A stretch of DNA of 64,000 nt from a virus, in the IMG/VR virus record IMGVR_UViG_3300025133_000049, positions 30,788 through 94,787 of that record. The stretch is one strand, 5' to 3'. Shown in pieces: positions 7,819-18,640 of the stretch. The position numbers and the translations under genes are program-made. The stretch's first letter is position 1, and each line of letters opens with the position of its first letter. Below the pieces are notes generated by a model. It saw nothing but the letters and a program-made list of their open reading frames with translations. It was not told where the DNA came from and searched no databases.

Positions 7819-8457
7819 ATGAGCATTCAACGACATCCGGTAGATAGCTATGATAAAAAGCTAAATTTTTGGGAGGAATTTCCTGACTATAAAGTTCACC
7901 GACAATTCGGCGACTTCTGGAGGAACAATAAAAAGGCAGGCCAATTACAAAATAGTTCACTATTTATGTGGGCTTTGTCTTTGTGCTATGATAGGAAGAG
8001 TGTATTTTTTGCTCAACCGGAATTAGATAAATGGGAAGTTGTAGGAGAAGACCTCTTTCAGGATTCAAAATTTCTTCGTAAATTAGCCGAGGATCCAGAA
8101 AGTGCTGAACTGGTATTTGTACCAGGCGGGCACATAAGGGATCTAGTGTTAGCTTTCGAGGAAACAATTGATACTCCTCTTGGGATTTCGTTACGTAATA
8201 TGGAGAGGAAGTTTGCAGAAAGAACTAAGTTCATGATGGAAACAGATTATTCCATGGACTATTATGAAACTTCTGAGCAAGGTCGTAAGTTCTTGGTTAA
8301 AGGGACAGCGGATCAATTGGACAAGATGTTTGTTAACACAGATAAAATAGATAATTTATTAACTAAAGCTCTAGACGCATTACGCGCGGCTGAAGGATCT
8401 GGTACTGCTAAAGGTGGCGCTCAAGAAAGTTTAGCAGACGGAGACGCTGATTTCTAA
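7819..8457 (+). CDS. putative terminase small subunit
   Basis: Directly upstream of and coupled (TAATG) to TerL; helical composition; assignment by position only. Confidence 0.5.
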   Translation: MSIQRHPVDSYDKKLNFWEEFPDYKVHRQFGDFWRNNKKAGQLQNSSLFMWALSLCYDRKSVFFAQPELDKWEVVGEDLFQDSKFLRKLAEDPESAELVFVPGGHIRDLVLAFEETIDTPLGISLRNMERKFAERTKFMMETDYSMDYYETSEQGRKFLVKGTADQLDKMFVNTDKIDNLLTKALDALRAAEGSGTAKGGAQESLADGDADF

Positions 8458-10763
8458 TGGCTACACCTATCCACGATGACATGTGGATCTTGTATAAAAA
8501 CAAGATACCAACACACCTAGTAAAACTAGCTACGAAGATACCTGTGATGAACCCGCTAGGTATCAAGTATAAGCGTTGGTGGAAAAGAGAAAAACGGAAA
8601 TGTATTGAGGGTTTGTGGGTTAATCATGACGGAGTTCACAAACACGTCTCTGGCCCTCTTTACTATTTCGTTAATTTTCATCATATACTTCTAACAGAAA
8701 AAGGATCGCGTACCATGTCAAAGAGACAAGGGTTACCGATGCTCAGAGATTTAGAATGGATCAAATCCTTTGTATATGAGGAAGCCAGAGGGTTCTCGGG
8801 GTTTGAGAATGATGATAAATATTCTTGTCATAGAATACTGGGTGAGGTAGATCCAAATAAAAATCCTGAAGAGTTCGAAAGTTTACTCATGGAATATGGG
8901 GCACCTAAACTGGTTAAAACATCTATCACTAGGGCAGACGGGACCTTCAAAAAATATAAACCTGCTCGGGAGTATCTGTATGAATACCAATCGGAAGACT
9001 TAGGTAAACCTATGTATTTCAATATGATGTCAAATGTAGCTGATATGGAATCCAGGGGTGGAGGTAAATCCTATTGGGGTTCTGCTATGTTAGACCATAA
9101 CTTCTTATTTGATGGAGCCAACAACTACGAGGATTACCTCGAGTACAAAGCAGCAAAAGTTCCACTATCTTCGGAATCTTTAGTTGGTGCAATTGATACA
9201 AAATATTCTAATGATGTTATAGCCAAAATGAAGCTAGCCTTGGAGAACTTACCAGGTAAAGTGACTATTGGTAAAACAACATATCCTTCCCCTTTCCATA
9301 GAGAATATCATGGTGATTGGAAATCCGGTGGTACTATTATAGCTGGTTACGATAAAAAGATAGGAGGTACTTGGATTAAAGTAGGTACTAAATCTAAAAT
9401 ACAACATAGATCTTTCAATAGTAATCATACGGCGGCCAATGGTACCAGACCTTCTTTTTCACTTATTGATGAGGTTGGTTTTATGAATAATCTTATTGCA
9501 GTTCTAGGACAAATGAAAGAAGCTGCAGCCGACGGTACCGTAAAATCCGGGTGTATCTGGATGACAGGTACCGGTGGGGATATGATAGGTGGTGCTACAG
9601 AACAGGTAAAAGATGTTTTTTATTCTCCGGAATCTTATGATTGCTTAGCATTTGATGATGAATTTGAGGGATATAAAAACAAAATAGGATTCTTTGTACC
9701 AACCTGGATGACATTAAATCAGTTTAAAGATGATCTAGGAAATACTGATTGGAGAAAATCTACAGCTTATATTGAAAAGAAAAGAGCTATATTGAAGAAA
9801 AATGCTAAGAAGAAAGATGTATATGAAAATGAAATAGTACAGAGACCTACCACGCATAGTGAGGTATTCTTGTTAGCAAATAACAGTATCCTACCTACAG
9901 TGGATCTGAAAGAACACATGGATCACTTACTTACTATGCAAGATGAACCTGAGATAAAAGGTATGCATGGTTGGATGGTGCTGGATGCAGATGGATCCCC
10001 TAAATTTAAGTTTGATTCTACTACATATAAACCTACAGATTATCCGGTTAAAGCCTCCGATGAAAATACAGGAGCTGTAGTTATTTGGGAGCATCCGGAA
10101 GAAGGTAGTCAATATGGGTGGTATGTAGGAGGTAATGACCCGTATGATTTTGATATAGCTCCAAACTCGGTATCATTAGGATCTACATTTATAATAAAAA
10201 GAGGTACACCCCTTAACGGTGGGGCCGATAGAATAGTAGCCGAGTATACAGGAAGACCTCAACTAGCTTCAGATTTCTATGAACAAACCAGAAGACTAGC
10301 AGCTTACTTTGGTAATGCTCCTATATTATATGAAAATGAAAAACAACAAATAAAAGAACACTTCAAAAAGATGCATTCACTTGCATTACTTGCCTATACT
10401 CCAGGAGTTCTCAAAGCAAATGAGACATCTAAGACAGCTGCGACGAGGGTTTACGGTCAACATATGAGTACACAAATAAAAGATGAGTGTGAAATTTATT
10501 TGAGAGAATGGCTTTTATCTCCAATTGGTGACGGAAAATTGCAATTACATACAATAAAATCCATACCTTTGCTAAAAGAACTGATTTCTTACAACGTTGA
10601 GGGTAACTTTGATAGAGTTATCGCTCTGATGTTGGGTATCATTCAATTAATACAGATGAGGTCAGTAGTAGCAGAAAAGAAAGAAGAGGTTGTTAAACAG
10701 GATCCCTTTTTTACAAGAAAACTTTTTGCAGGTAATATGCGAAATAATAATTCAATATTTTAA
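8457..10763 (+). CDS. terL: terminase large subunit
   Basis: Walker A-like SRGGGKSY, Walker B LIDEVG, coupling motif TGTGG, nuclease motifs GGNDPY and NFDRVIA. Confidence 0.95.
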   Translation: MATPIHDDMWILYKNKIPTHLVKLATKIPVMNPLGIKYKRWWKREKRKCIEGLWVNHDGVHKHVSGPLYYFVNFHHILLTEKGSRTMSKRQGLPMLRDLEWIKSFVYEEARGFSGFENDDKYSCHRILGEVDPNKNPEEFESLLMEYGAPKLVKTSITRADGTFKKYKPAREYLYEYQSEDLGKPMYFNMMSNVADMESRGGGKSYWGSAMLDHNFLFDGANNYEDYLEYKAAKVPLSSESLVGAIDTKYSNDVIAKMKLALENLPGKVTIGKTTYPSPFHREYHGDWKSGGTIIAGYDKKIGGTWIKVGTKSKIQHRSFNSNHTAANGTRPSFSLIDEVGFMNNLIAVLGQMKEAAADGTVKSGCIWMTGTGGDMIGGATEQVKDVFYSPESYDCLAFDDEFEGYKNKIGFFVPTWMTLNQFKDDLGNTDWRKSTAYIEKKRAILKKNAKKKDVYENEIVQRPTTHSEVFLLANNSILPTVDLKEHMDHLLTMQDEPEIKGMHGWMVLDADGSPKFKFDSTTYKPTDYPVKASDENTGAVVIWEHPEEGSQYGWYVGGNDPYDFDIAPNSVSLGSTFIIKRGTPLNGGADRIVAEYTGRPQLASDFYEQTRRLAAYFGNAPILYENEKQQIKEHFKKMHSLALLAYTPGVLKANETSKTAATRVYGQHMSTQIKDECEIYLREWLLSPIGDGKLQLHTIKSIPLLKELISYNVEGNFDRVIALMLGIIQLIQMRSVVAEKKEEVVKQDPFFTRKLFAGNMRNNNSIF

Positions 10764-10766
10764 ACG

Positions 10767-13259
10767 ATGGCTTACGACGTATCAATCAATTCAGGAAGTT
10801 TAGGCTCTGGCGAACACAAGAGTAATTCAATGCCTCCCCAACGTATTCATTCTACGAAGAAAACTCCTAAATGGGGTATTAGGTGTTTAATGGCTATAAA
10901 AGGGATGTCTAATTCGGTAGATACCCAAGGAAGAAGTTCTAGGGAAAACAAAGAAGAAAATTATGATTTAGTTAATTCAATATTTCAGGAGTCCGATTTT
11001 GATTATGTGCTAAACCCTATGGGAATTGATATAGGGAAGTATGGAGGGACACCTACTAAAATGCAGAACTATAATATTATACGTTCAAGATTAGAAACCT
11101 TAAGAGGTGAAGAGATGAATTCTCCACTAAACTTCTTTGTATACGCAGCTACGGGAGATGCTGTATCAGCCAAAAAACAAAAGAGAAATGAGATGGTTAA
11201 GGAGCTTATGAAAGCTTCTATTAAAGTTACATTAAATTTAGATGAGCAAGCTACAGCTTTAGAACAACAAATGGCAGAACTTCAACAGGTTATGTCAACT
11301 TTAAAAGATCAGCAACAATACCAGGAGATGCAACAACAAATGCAACAACTCCAACAACAACGTAACTCTATGCCTGATATCCAGGCTGAGATGAAGAAAT
11401 TCAATTCAAGTTATGTTGATCCAACTGAACAAACAAACAATAAAATATTAAAGTATCTCAAACGTAATGATCAATTAGCATTGAAATTTAACCAAGGTTG
11501 GTTTCACGCTCTTGTGAGTTCTGAGGAAATTTATTATACTGGGATTTCCCAAGGGCACCCAACAGTAAGAGTAGTTAATCCTTTGCAGATAGATTATGAT
11601 AAAGGCGCTAATACAACTTTCATTCATGAAGGTAATTGGGTCAAAGAAGAATATTGGTTACCAATTGGTGAATGTATTCAGGAGTATGGAGATGTATTAA
11701 CAGATGCTCAAGTAAAGAAAATTGATGAAGGTCACGCGGGAAACACGTATATGATGGGAGGTATGGAGCAAGGTTTTGCCTATTCCAATGATGGAGGACA
11801 AAGAAGAAGTTCTAGACATAATGGAGTTTCTACTCACGCATACATTATGAAAGGATGTTGGAGATCATTTCAGAAAATAGGAACACTCACGTATCCTGAC
11901 CCAAGAACAGGGAAGATGGAAACTGTAGAGGTTGATGATACTTTCAAAATGACAGATGAACTTAAAGCTTCCGGGGCACAGATATCTTGGAGTTGGGTTA
12001 CTGAAATTTGGGAGGGTACTCAAATAGGTTCTGACATCTTTGTAAATATTAGAAGAAAATCTAACCAAACAGGGAATCTTCCTTATGTTGGTTATGTATA
12101 TAATAATGTTAACTCGATCTCTACCTCAATGGTAGATTTAGTTAAAGCGCACCAGTACACGTATATCATTACTTGGTGGAGATTAGAACAAGAACTTGCC
12201 AAAGCTAAAGGTAAGAAGTTCGTAATGGATATGGCTCAGTTACCTAAATCTCAAGGATGGGATGTAGATACTTGGATGTATTATTTCGAAAATGTAGGGG
12301 TTGCTTGGATCAACTCAAAGGAAGAAGGTCGCCAAGGAGATCCTAGTTCTGTATCTCAATTCAACCAATTTACAAATATTGATATGTCACTTAGTCAAGT
12401 GGTAGGTCAATATATGGAAGTTCTCAACAAGATCGAAGCATTAGTTGAGGATATCATGGGGGTATCCCCACAGAGGATGGGGGATATCAAAGCTAGTGAA
12501 ACAGCTACAGGAGCCCAAACATCAATCGCAAGATCTACTAACGTAACTAAACCATGGTACTATTTCCATGATTTAGTTAAGGAAGCAGTTCTTGGAGAGC
12601 TTCTAGAACTAGCCAAGTTGGCCTATATTGATGGTAGAGAACTTGAATTAGTTCTGGATGAAATGGAAGTGGAAACATTGAAGATCAATGGAGATAAGCT
12701 TAATGCTTCTCAAATGGCTTGCTTTGTAACTAACTCCTTTGAGGATCGAGTTAAAAAAGAAAAAGTTGATGCATTACTTACCATGGCTGTACAGCAAGGT
12801 AAAGCAAGTCTTGTAGATGTTGCAAATGTAATTAACAATGATTCTATGAGTTATACTATTTCTGCCCTTGATGCTGCTGAGAAATCTAATGCTGAAAGAG
12901 AGCAAGCTGCCTCTAAAGCTCAACAAGAAGACAATGCTGCTCAGAGAGAGGAGCTCAGAAAAGAAAAAGAACTTGATAGATCACTTACTAAAGAGATGAA
13001 TGATGATAATATAGAGAAAGATATTCTTCTTAAGAAAATGGATATTGGAGCTGCCCCTGGACCACAGGGGGATTCTCCTATCGATTCAATGAGAGCTGTA
13101 TCTGAAGTATCTGATAAAGAAGAAAGGTTAGCTTTAGATAAGGAAAAAGAAGAAAATAGAGCTGCTGAAAAGAACAGAGAGCTAGATATTAAGGAGAAAG
13201 AAACAAAAATTAAACAACAAGTTGCAAATAAACCTACACCTAAACCTGCGGGTAAATAG
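10767..13259 (+). CDS. portal protein (crAss-like)
   Basis: 830 aa directly after TerL; MPPQR..., NYNIIR...LRGEE and GVSPQRMG motifs typical of crAss portals. Confidence 0.9.
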   Translation: MAYDVSINSGSLGSGEHKSNSMPPQRIHSTKKTPKWGIRCLMAIKGMSNSVDTQGRSSRENKEENYDLVNSIFQESDFDYVLNPMGIDIGKYGGTPTKMQNYNIIRSRLETLRGEEMNSPLNFFVYAATGDAVSAKKQKRNEMVKELMKASIKVTLNLDEQATALEQQMAELQQVMSTLKDQQQYQEMQQQMQQLQQQRNSMPDIQAEMKKFNSSYVDPTEQTNNKILKYLKRNDQLALKFNQGWFHALVSSEEIYYTGISQGHPTVRVVNPLQIDYDKGANTTFIHEGNWVKEEYWLPIGECIQEYGDVLTDAQVKKIDEGHAGNTYMMGGMEQGFAYSNDGGQRRSSRHNGVSTHAYIMKGCWRSFQKIGTLTYPDPRTGKMETVEVDDTFKMTDELKASGAQISWSWVTEIWEGTQIGSDIFVNIRRKSNQTGNLPYVGYVYNNVNSISTSMVDLVKAHQYTYIITWWRLEQELAKAKGKKFVMDMAQLPKSQGWDVDTWMYYFENVGVAWINSKEEGRQGDPSSVSQFNQFTNIDMSLSQVVGQYMEVLNKIEALVEDIMGVSPQRMGDIKASETATGAQTSIARSTNVTKPWYYFHDLVKEAVLGELLELAKLAYIDGRELELVLDEMEVETLKINGDKLNASQMACFVTNSFEDRVKKEKVDALLTMAVQQGKASLVDVANVINNDSMSYTISALDAAEKSNAEREQAASKAQQEDNAAQREELRKEKELDRSLTKEMNDDNIEKDILLKKMDIGAAPGPQGDSPIDSMRAVSEVSDKEERLALDKEKEENRAAEKNRELDIKEKETKIKQQVANKPTPKPAGK

Positions 13260-13306
13260 TTATGAATCAAGACATTATATTTATTTAAATATTTTTCATA
13301 ATAATT

Positions 13307-13354
13307 TTTGTTATGAGTCATAATTTTGTAGTATATTTGTAGCAACAACAAAAG
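13307..13354 (+). promoter_or_regulatory. Bacteroidota-type promoter for the capsid operon with AACAACAAAAG leader
   Basis: TTTG 13307-13310, 21-nt spacer, TATATTTG 13332-13339, AACAACAAAAG 13344-13354. Confidence 0.85.
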
Positions 13355-13363
13355 TATATAGAC

Positions 13364-14515
13364 ATGAGTGAATTTGCCAGTAAAATGTGGGGAGACATTA
13401 GTTTTGGAAAGAAATCCGATCCTATAAATCCTCCAGAAGAAAAGAAAGAAGAACCTAAACAGGACGAAGATGATCCAAAGCCTATTGATAAAGTTGATGA
13501 TAAGGCTCCGGATTCAGAAGAAGACGATCCTAAAGGTAATTCTAAAGAAGAGGATGATCCAGTTGAAGATCCAAAAGTTGACACCACTGAGAAGAAGGGT
13601 GATGACGAGGAAGATTCTAAAGGAGATGAAGAAGACGAATACAAGTTTACACAAGACGATGTGGATAAGGCGTTTACCATGTTGGATGACGAAGGGGTGT
13701 TAGATATCCCTGAAGACGCAGAGTTTGATGAAGGAGCCAAAGGGTTAGCAGATGCTATAGCCACAACGGTTCAAAACAAACTAAGGAAGGAAATAGAAAA
13801 AATTCCTCCTGTTGTACAAGAGCTTTATGCTCATGTAATGAGTGGGGAGGATGCAAGTTCTTTTAAAATAACGACCAATGCAACCAGTTGGAAAGATGCT
13901 ACTCTTGAAACAGAAGCACAACAACAAGGAGCACTCATGGCCCATTTGAGACTGCAAGGATACAGTGCTGAAGAAGCTCAAGATGAAGTAGATGAAGTTA
14001 CTTCAGCTGGTAGGTTAGAAGCCAAAGCTAGAAGAAGTATTGGAGTTCTTGTAAAAACAGAGAAAGCTCAAGAAGAAGCTGCAGCCAGAGATAAAGCTAA
14101 GGCTGATAAAGAGGCTAATGATAGAGCTAAAGCGGAAAGAGCAGAAATGGAAAAACTAATCGATGATTCTAGTGAAATCGCCGGTTTTGTTTTAGATGAT
14201 AAAAGAAAGAAAGCTTTCAAGAACTATATCTATAAAGTAGATCCTAGAACCGGGAAGACTCAAATGCAGAAAAATCTATCTAATGCAGATAGAATCAATA
14301 GGATTGCCTTTATGGATTTCCTTGATTTCAACAAGGAGGATTTCACAAAAGCAGTTACTAGTGAAGTTTCTAAAAAGAATAAAAAGAAAATGTCCAGATA
14401 TACTAGCAAAAGTGTTAAAGGAGCTAATGCTTCTCAAAGTGTAAAAACTAAATCAGATGCTAGAAAAGGACCAATTAAGTTCCACTCTATTTTTGGAGCA
14501 GGAGACGATGAATAA
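13364..14515 (+). CDS. putative scaffolding/head assembly protein
   Basis: Very acidic N-terminus plus coiled coil; lies between portal and MCP as in crAss-like phages. Confidence 0.7.
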   Translation: MSEFASKMWGDISFGKKSDPINPPEEKKEEPKQDEDDPKPIDKVDDKAPDSEEDDPKGNSKEEDDPVEDPKVDTTEKKGDDEEDSKGDEEDEYKFTQDDVDKAFTMLDDEGVLDIPEDAEFDEGAKGLADAIATTVQNKLRKEIEKIPPVVQELYAHVMSGEDASSFKITTNATSWKDATLETEAQQQGALMAHLRLQGYSAEEAQDEVDEVTSAGRLEAKARRSIGVLVKTEKAQEEAAARDKAKADKEANDRAKAERAEMEKLIDDSSEIAGFVLDDKRKKAFKNYIYKVDPRTGKTQMQKNLSNADRINRIAFMDFLDFNKEDFTKAVTSEVSKKNKKKMSRYTSKSVKGANASQSVKTKSDARKGPIKFHSIFGAGDDE

Positions 14516-14542
14516 GATAATCATTAAATTAAATTAAATATT

Positions 14543-15994
14543 ATGTTTCAAACAGATGTATCACCATTACAGTTGCACAAATTACGTGCACTTCCTGCGG
14601 GTATGACTGAATCAGATCACCTTTCCCAGGCCTACCTAACCGAGCCTGAAAAGATGGATTCTGTTTTAGCGTATGCCTTTGGGACACAAAACGAAACTGT
14701 TCTGTCAATGTTGACAGGCGGTATCGGTAACACTAGATTCGTAAGCAACCGAGAATATACTTGGGATCTTCACGGACAAACTGAAAGAGCTATTGTTGTT
14801 TCAGGTGCTTTGGCTAACCCAGCAAGTGCTGGTTTGAATGGCCAACCTTTCCGTTTTAAAATGGAAGAAGGTATTTTCCAGATTTCAGATAACTTAGTTT
14901 CTGATGACGGTACTCAATGTAGAGTTTCTAATATGGTTTCTAACGGTATTGACTATATCTACACTGCAGTTCTTACAGATCCAGATCCTAAAAAATTCAT
15001 CGCAGCTAGTCAATTAGCAGCCGGTGCACGTTTCTCTAAAGATTTCTCTACTGTTGAGGAGTTCTCTGACAAAGGTGGTGGAACTGATTTCGTTGCTCCT
15101 ATGACTTTGAAAAATCAATTAACTACTTTACGTAAGCATTATGCAGTATCAAGATCTGCAGCTACTGACGTTATGGTTATTGAGCTTTTCTCTGAAGACG
15201 GGCAATCTACAAAACTTTGGACTAAATTGGCTGAGTGGACTGCACTTGCACAATGGTACAAAGAAATTGACAGATCATTTATCTATACAATCTATAATAA
15301 AGATTCTAAAGGTGAAGTGAGATTACAAGGTAAAAACAAGCGCCCTGTTTATCATGGTGCTGGTATCAGACAACAAATTTCTCCTGCTAATAAGTTATAC
15401 TTAGCTGAATACACTTATGATGTATTGGATGAATACTTGTTAGATTTATCATATAATGCAGACCGTTGGGGTGGAGATTACAATTTTGTAGCCCTTACAG
15501 GTAAGATGGGTATCAGAGAGTTTAATAAGGCTGTCCTTAAGAAACAAAGTGATATGGGAATTACTGTTACAAATTCAGGTACTTTTATTACCGGTTCAGG
15601 TAGTAACTTGACTTTAACAGGACATTTCAAAAAAGTAGAATTCCTTAATGGTATTTCTCTTACAGTAAAAGAATTTTCTCCTTATGATGATAAGGTGAGA
15701 AATAGAACTTTACATCCAGTATCTAAGAAACCTCTTGAGTCATACAGAATGACTATTTTGAATTTCGGTACTGTTAAAGGTAAAGCTAATATTAGAAAGG
15801 TAGCGAAGAAAAACTCTGAAAACGCCATGTGGTATGTTGCAGGTTCTACTACTCCTTTCGGTGAAGTTGCAAACTCATTGAACGTTTTACGTTCTAATGG
15901 TGTTGATGGATATGAAGTACATATGCTTGCAGAAGTTGGTATTCAAATCCAAGATCCTACTTCTTGTGGTGAAATCATCATGAGATTAAACTAA
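14543..15994 (+). CDS. major capsid protein (crAss-like HK97 fold)
   Basis: 483 aa; strong codon bias; EYTWDL, KNQLTTLRK, GAGIRQQI and DGYEVH motifs; position in the module. Confidence 0.92.
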   Translation: MFQTDVSPLQLHKLRALPAGMTESDHLSQAYLTEPEKMDSVLAYAFGTQNETVLSMLTGGIGNTRFVSNREYTWDLHGQTERAIVVSGALANPASAGLNGQPFRFKMEEGIFQISDNLVSDDGTQCRVSNMVSNGIDYIYTAVLTDPDPKKFIAASQLAAGARFSKDFSTVEEFSDKGGGTDFVAPMTLKNQLTTLRKHYAVSRSAATDVMVIELFSEDGQSTKLWTKLAEWTALAQWYKEIDRSFIYTIYNKDSKGEVRLQGKNKRPVYHGAGIRQQISPANKLYLAEYTYDVLDEYLLDLSYNADRWGGDYNFVALTGKMGIREFNKAVLKKQSDMGITVTNSGTFITGSGSNLTLTGHFKKVEFLNGISLTVKEFSPYDDKVRNRTLHPVSKKPLESYRMTILNFGTVKGKANIRKVAKKNSENAMWYVAGSTTPFGEVANSLNVLRSNGVDGYEVHMLAEVGIQIQDPTSCGEIIMRLN

Positions 15995-15998
15995 TGTC

Positions 15999-16071
15999 CA
16001 AGGGGACACGTTTCCCTTGTCTTTTGGTTGTTGTTGTGGAGGTCCTTAATTGGGCCTTCACTTAACCAAAG
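15999..16071 (+). promoter_or_regulatory. tandem stem-loops downstream of MCP (attenuator / processing site)
   Basis: CAAGGGG..TTCCCTTG-TCTTTT, then CTTTTGGTTG..GTGGAGGTCC-TTAATT-GGGCCTTCAC..TTAACCAAAGG. Confidence 0.55.
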
Positions 16072-16105
16072 GAAAAATTTAATTACAACCAAAAAACAAT
16101 TAAAA

Positions 16106-16993
16106 ATGGAACAAACATTTAACACACCTATTCAATCTCTAAAAGATGTTGATAGGACTAAACCAGTACAGTTCAAGCAGATTTTTTCTGATGCTTTGAT
16201 CAAGATGAAAAAGTATAATGAGGCTTACACTATGATAGGCCCCGGATTATCTAAATCTGGACTCCCAGCTACAGGATTAACTGAAGATAGACAGTATAGG
16301 GATGCTAAAGGTAAAATACAAAACATAATAGGTACTCGTAAGGAGATGGAAAGAGAACTAGATATGACCGAAGGTTCATTAAAACCTAAGTCTGTTTTCT
16401 GGTTAACTTTCAATGTTAGAGTAGACTCTGATACACGTACCTTAGATTTACAAGATCCACAGGACTTGTTAATATATTTATTCTTGTATGCTCAATCAAT
16501 AGTGGCAAACAGCCTTAAAGAGATAGAGACTAACTCCAAAGCTGAATATGTATTGTTCTCAGAAGAACAAGAAGCAGCAATTAAAGTTAAAGCAAGACGT
16601 TCATTGAAAGAAGCTTATAAAGTATCTATGGAATTAGATCTAGAAACTAAAATTAATATTCTATCTATTAAAGGATATAATGCAGATGCTACATCACCTG
16701 CTTCTATCGATAATAAGTTAGATGAGATTGCAGAAGAGGATCCAGCAGCATTCCTAGAATTAGTTGAGGATAGTAACTTAGTCTATAAATCTTTAATCAC
16801 AAAGGTTCTGGATAAAGGAATCCTAACCATTAAAGATGGAGCTATACATCACGGAGAGGTGATCATAGGTATTGATGTTGAAGAGGCAGCAAAGTCTGTA
16901 GCTAATAACAAAAAGCTTGAAAAAATATTGAAAGCTAAACTTTCAGGTGATTTGGATTTATTAAAAGAATCCTTAGAGTCTGATTATAAATAA
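16106..16993 (+). CDS. conserved crAss-like protein downstream of MCP (likely start MEQTF at 16106)
   Basis: ORF track; A-rich leader at 16106; LDLQDPQDLLIY pattern; synteny. Confidence 0.8.
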   Translation: MEQTFNTPIQSLKDVDRTKPVQFKQIFSDALIKMKKYNEAYTMIGPGLSKSGLPATGLTEDRQYRDAKGKIQNIIGTRKEMERELDMTEGSLKPKSVFWLTFNVRVDSDTRTLDLQDPQDLLIYLFLYAQSIVANSLKEIETNSKAEYVLFSEEQEAAIKVKARRSLKEAYKVSMELDLETKINILSIKGYNADATSPASIDNKLDEIAEEDPAAFLELVEDSNLVYKSLITKVLDKGILTIKDGAIHHGEVIIGIDVEEAAKSVANNKKLEKILKAKLSGDLDLLKESLESDYK

Positions 16994-16998
16994 AAAGT

Positions 16999-17613
16999 AT
17001 GACAGGAGCTGAGTTTATTACATATATAAAAGCCAAGCTGAACAGGTTAGATACCTCAGCTTATGAGGATATTAGACCAGAGGAGGTTTTATTATTCGCG
17101 AACGAGGCACTTAAAACTTTAGTCCTTGAATTCGATAAGGGTAGATATTCCGCCCTTATCGATGAAAAGGTTATAGGAGGTTATCTAAATACTTTAATTG
17201 TAACAGAACCAGAAGCTGATATAACGAACAATGAATTTACTTATCCTTCAACTGTTCTCAAGTATAGAGATATAGATGCCTATGTTGTTGCAGGTGATGA
17301 AGAAGCTTGGAGACCAGCTGACGACAAAAGCCGCACAAACAAAGCAGATAAGGAAGACAACCCAATGACAAAATCTTACCCTGATCGTCCTGATTATAGA
17401 ATTGAGGATGGTAAGGTAAAGTTCGATGTAGATGATACCTTTAATGTAACTAAGTATGCAAGTACTTATCTTAAATTTCCAGATATAATACTATCTGAAA
17501 GTACATTAAGCTATCCTTTTATGACGGAGTTAGAAAATAAAACAGTAACTTTGTTGCTAGAAAACTTAGACAGTAGGAGATTAGAAACCCAACCGACTGT
17601 ATCTAAAATGTGA
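16999..17613 (+). CDS. tail ring / head-tail connector protein
   Basis: N-terminal MT..EF...EEVLLFANEA helical pattern of crAss ring proteins; synteny. Confidence 0.65.
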   Translation: MTGAEFITYIKAKLNRLDTSAYEDIRPEEVLLFANEALKTLVLEFDKGRYSALIDEKVIGGYLNTLIVTEPEADITNNEFTYPSTVLKYRDIDAYVVAGDEEAWRPADDKSRTNKADKEDNPMTKSYPDRPDYRIEDGKVKFDVDDTFNVTKYASTYLKFPDIILSESTLSYPFMTELENKTVTLLLENLDSRRLETQPTVSKM

Positions 17614-17639
17614 TTTATTAATAATTAAAATTTAAAAAC

Positions 17640-18572
17640 ATGAGAAATTATGTATCAAAAGTATTAGTTGGTAGCGGATTAGCTAACGCTAATACAACAG
17701 ATGACGTCCAACCCGAAGATTTAACGGAAGGGCAAATTATCGTTCTAGATGCAGATACAGGCGATGGCCTTGTAGCTGGTTCAAAGAACATTCAGTTTGC
17801 ATTAGGTACAGCTGTATTAGGAGAACCTGTTCTCTCTGCTGTTATTGCAAAATCTGGAATCGAATCTTATAACACTAACGCTTATCAAGCGGCTCAAAAG
17901 AAAAAGCAAACTTTGACAGTAAGTGCTGTTCCTACTGCTGGTGAGACTGTAGTGTTTAAAGCTATTTACCATGATAACCATAGTATTATTCCTAATCAAA
18001 TTAAGCAAACTGCAGTATCTGTTACTTGTGCTTTATCTGGGGAAACTACTACTACATTTGCCGCAAAGATTGCTGCAGCCTTTAATCTTCAAGAATTTAA
18101 GTTTGTAGCCGTAACAAGCGCAGCAGCTGTTGTAACTTTCGAAGGAATTGTCCTTACATCTGAAAGTTCTTATAATAGCATCGACAGACCTGAATCAGTT
18201 AATTTTGAAGTTAATGCACCAACAGGTGAAAAGTCAGGTACATATGCTGTAGCAACTACAGTAGCGTTACGTCTTGGTCAAGGATCTCCTGCTAAGATTG
18301 CATGGATGGAAGAACAAGCTCAAGGGCGAAGAGGTTTTTCTGACCGAAGAATGTGGAATGATACTAAGAAATTCCAATCAAGTGCAGATGCCGGATCTAC
18401 TTATGATGTAGGTGTTATCAGTGCTCAGGACTTAGTTGCAGGTGAAATGCAAGGAGTAAGAAGTAATCCAATTGGAGTTATTATTGCTGCTAAAGTTGGA
18501 ACTATTGCTGCTATCAATACTAATTTAGCTACTGCTGGAATTAGCCCTGTGGTTATTCCTCCTTCTAGTTAA
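17640..18572 (+). CDS. abundant virion structural protein (auxiliary capsid protein-like)
   Basis: Ala/Thr/Val-rich beta-type protein with strong codon bias and its own terminator; synteny. Confidence 0.6.
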   Translation: MRNYVSKVLVGSGLANANTTDDVQPEDLTEGQIIVLDADTGDGLVAGSKNIQFALGTAVLGEPVLSAVIAKSGIESYNTNAYQAAQKKKQTLTVSAVPTAGETVVFKAIYHDNHSIIPNQIKQTAVSVTCALSGETTTTFAAKIAAAFNLQEFKFVAVTSAAAVVTFEGIVLTSESSYNSIDRPESVNFEVNAPTGEKSGTYAVATTVALRLGQGSPAKIAWMEEQAQGRRGFSDRRMWNDTKKFQSSADAGSTYDVGVISAQDLVAGEMQGVRSNPIGVIIAAKVGTIAAINTNLATAGISPVVIPPSS

Positions 18573-18594
18573 GAAGGACAATAATATAATAATT

Positions 18595-18626
18595 AAAGAA
18601 GCCTGGCTATATGTCAGGCTTTTTTT
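18595..18626 (+). terminator. intrinsic terminator
   Basis: AAGAAGCCTGGC-TATAT-GTCAGGCTTTTTTT; immediately followed by a TACCTTTA promoter-like box (18628-18635). Confidence 0.8.
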
Positions 18627-18640
18627 ATACCTTTACAGTT

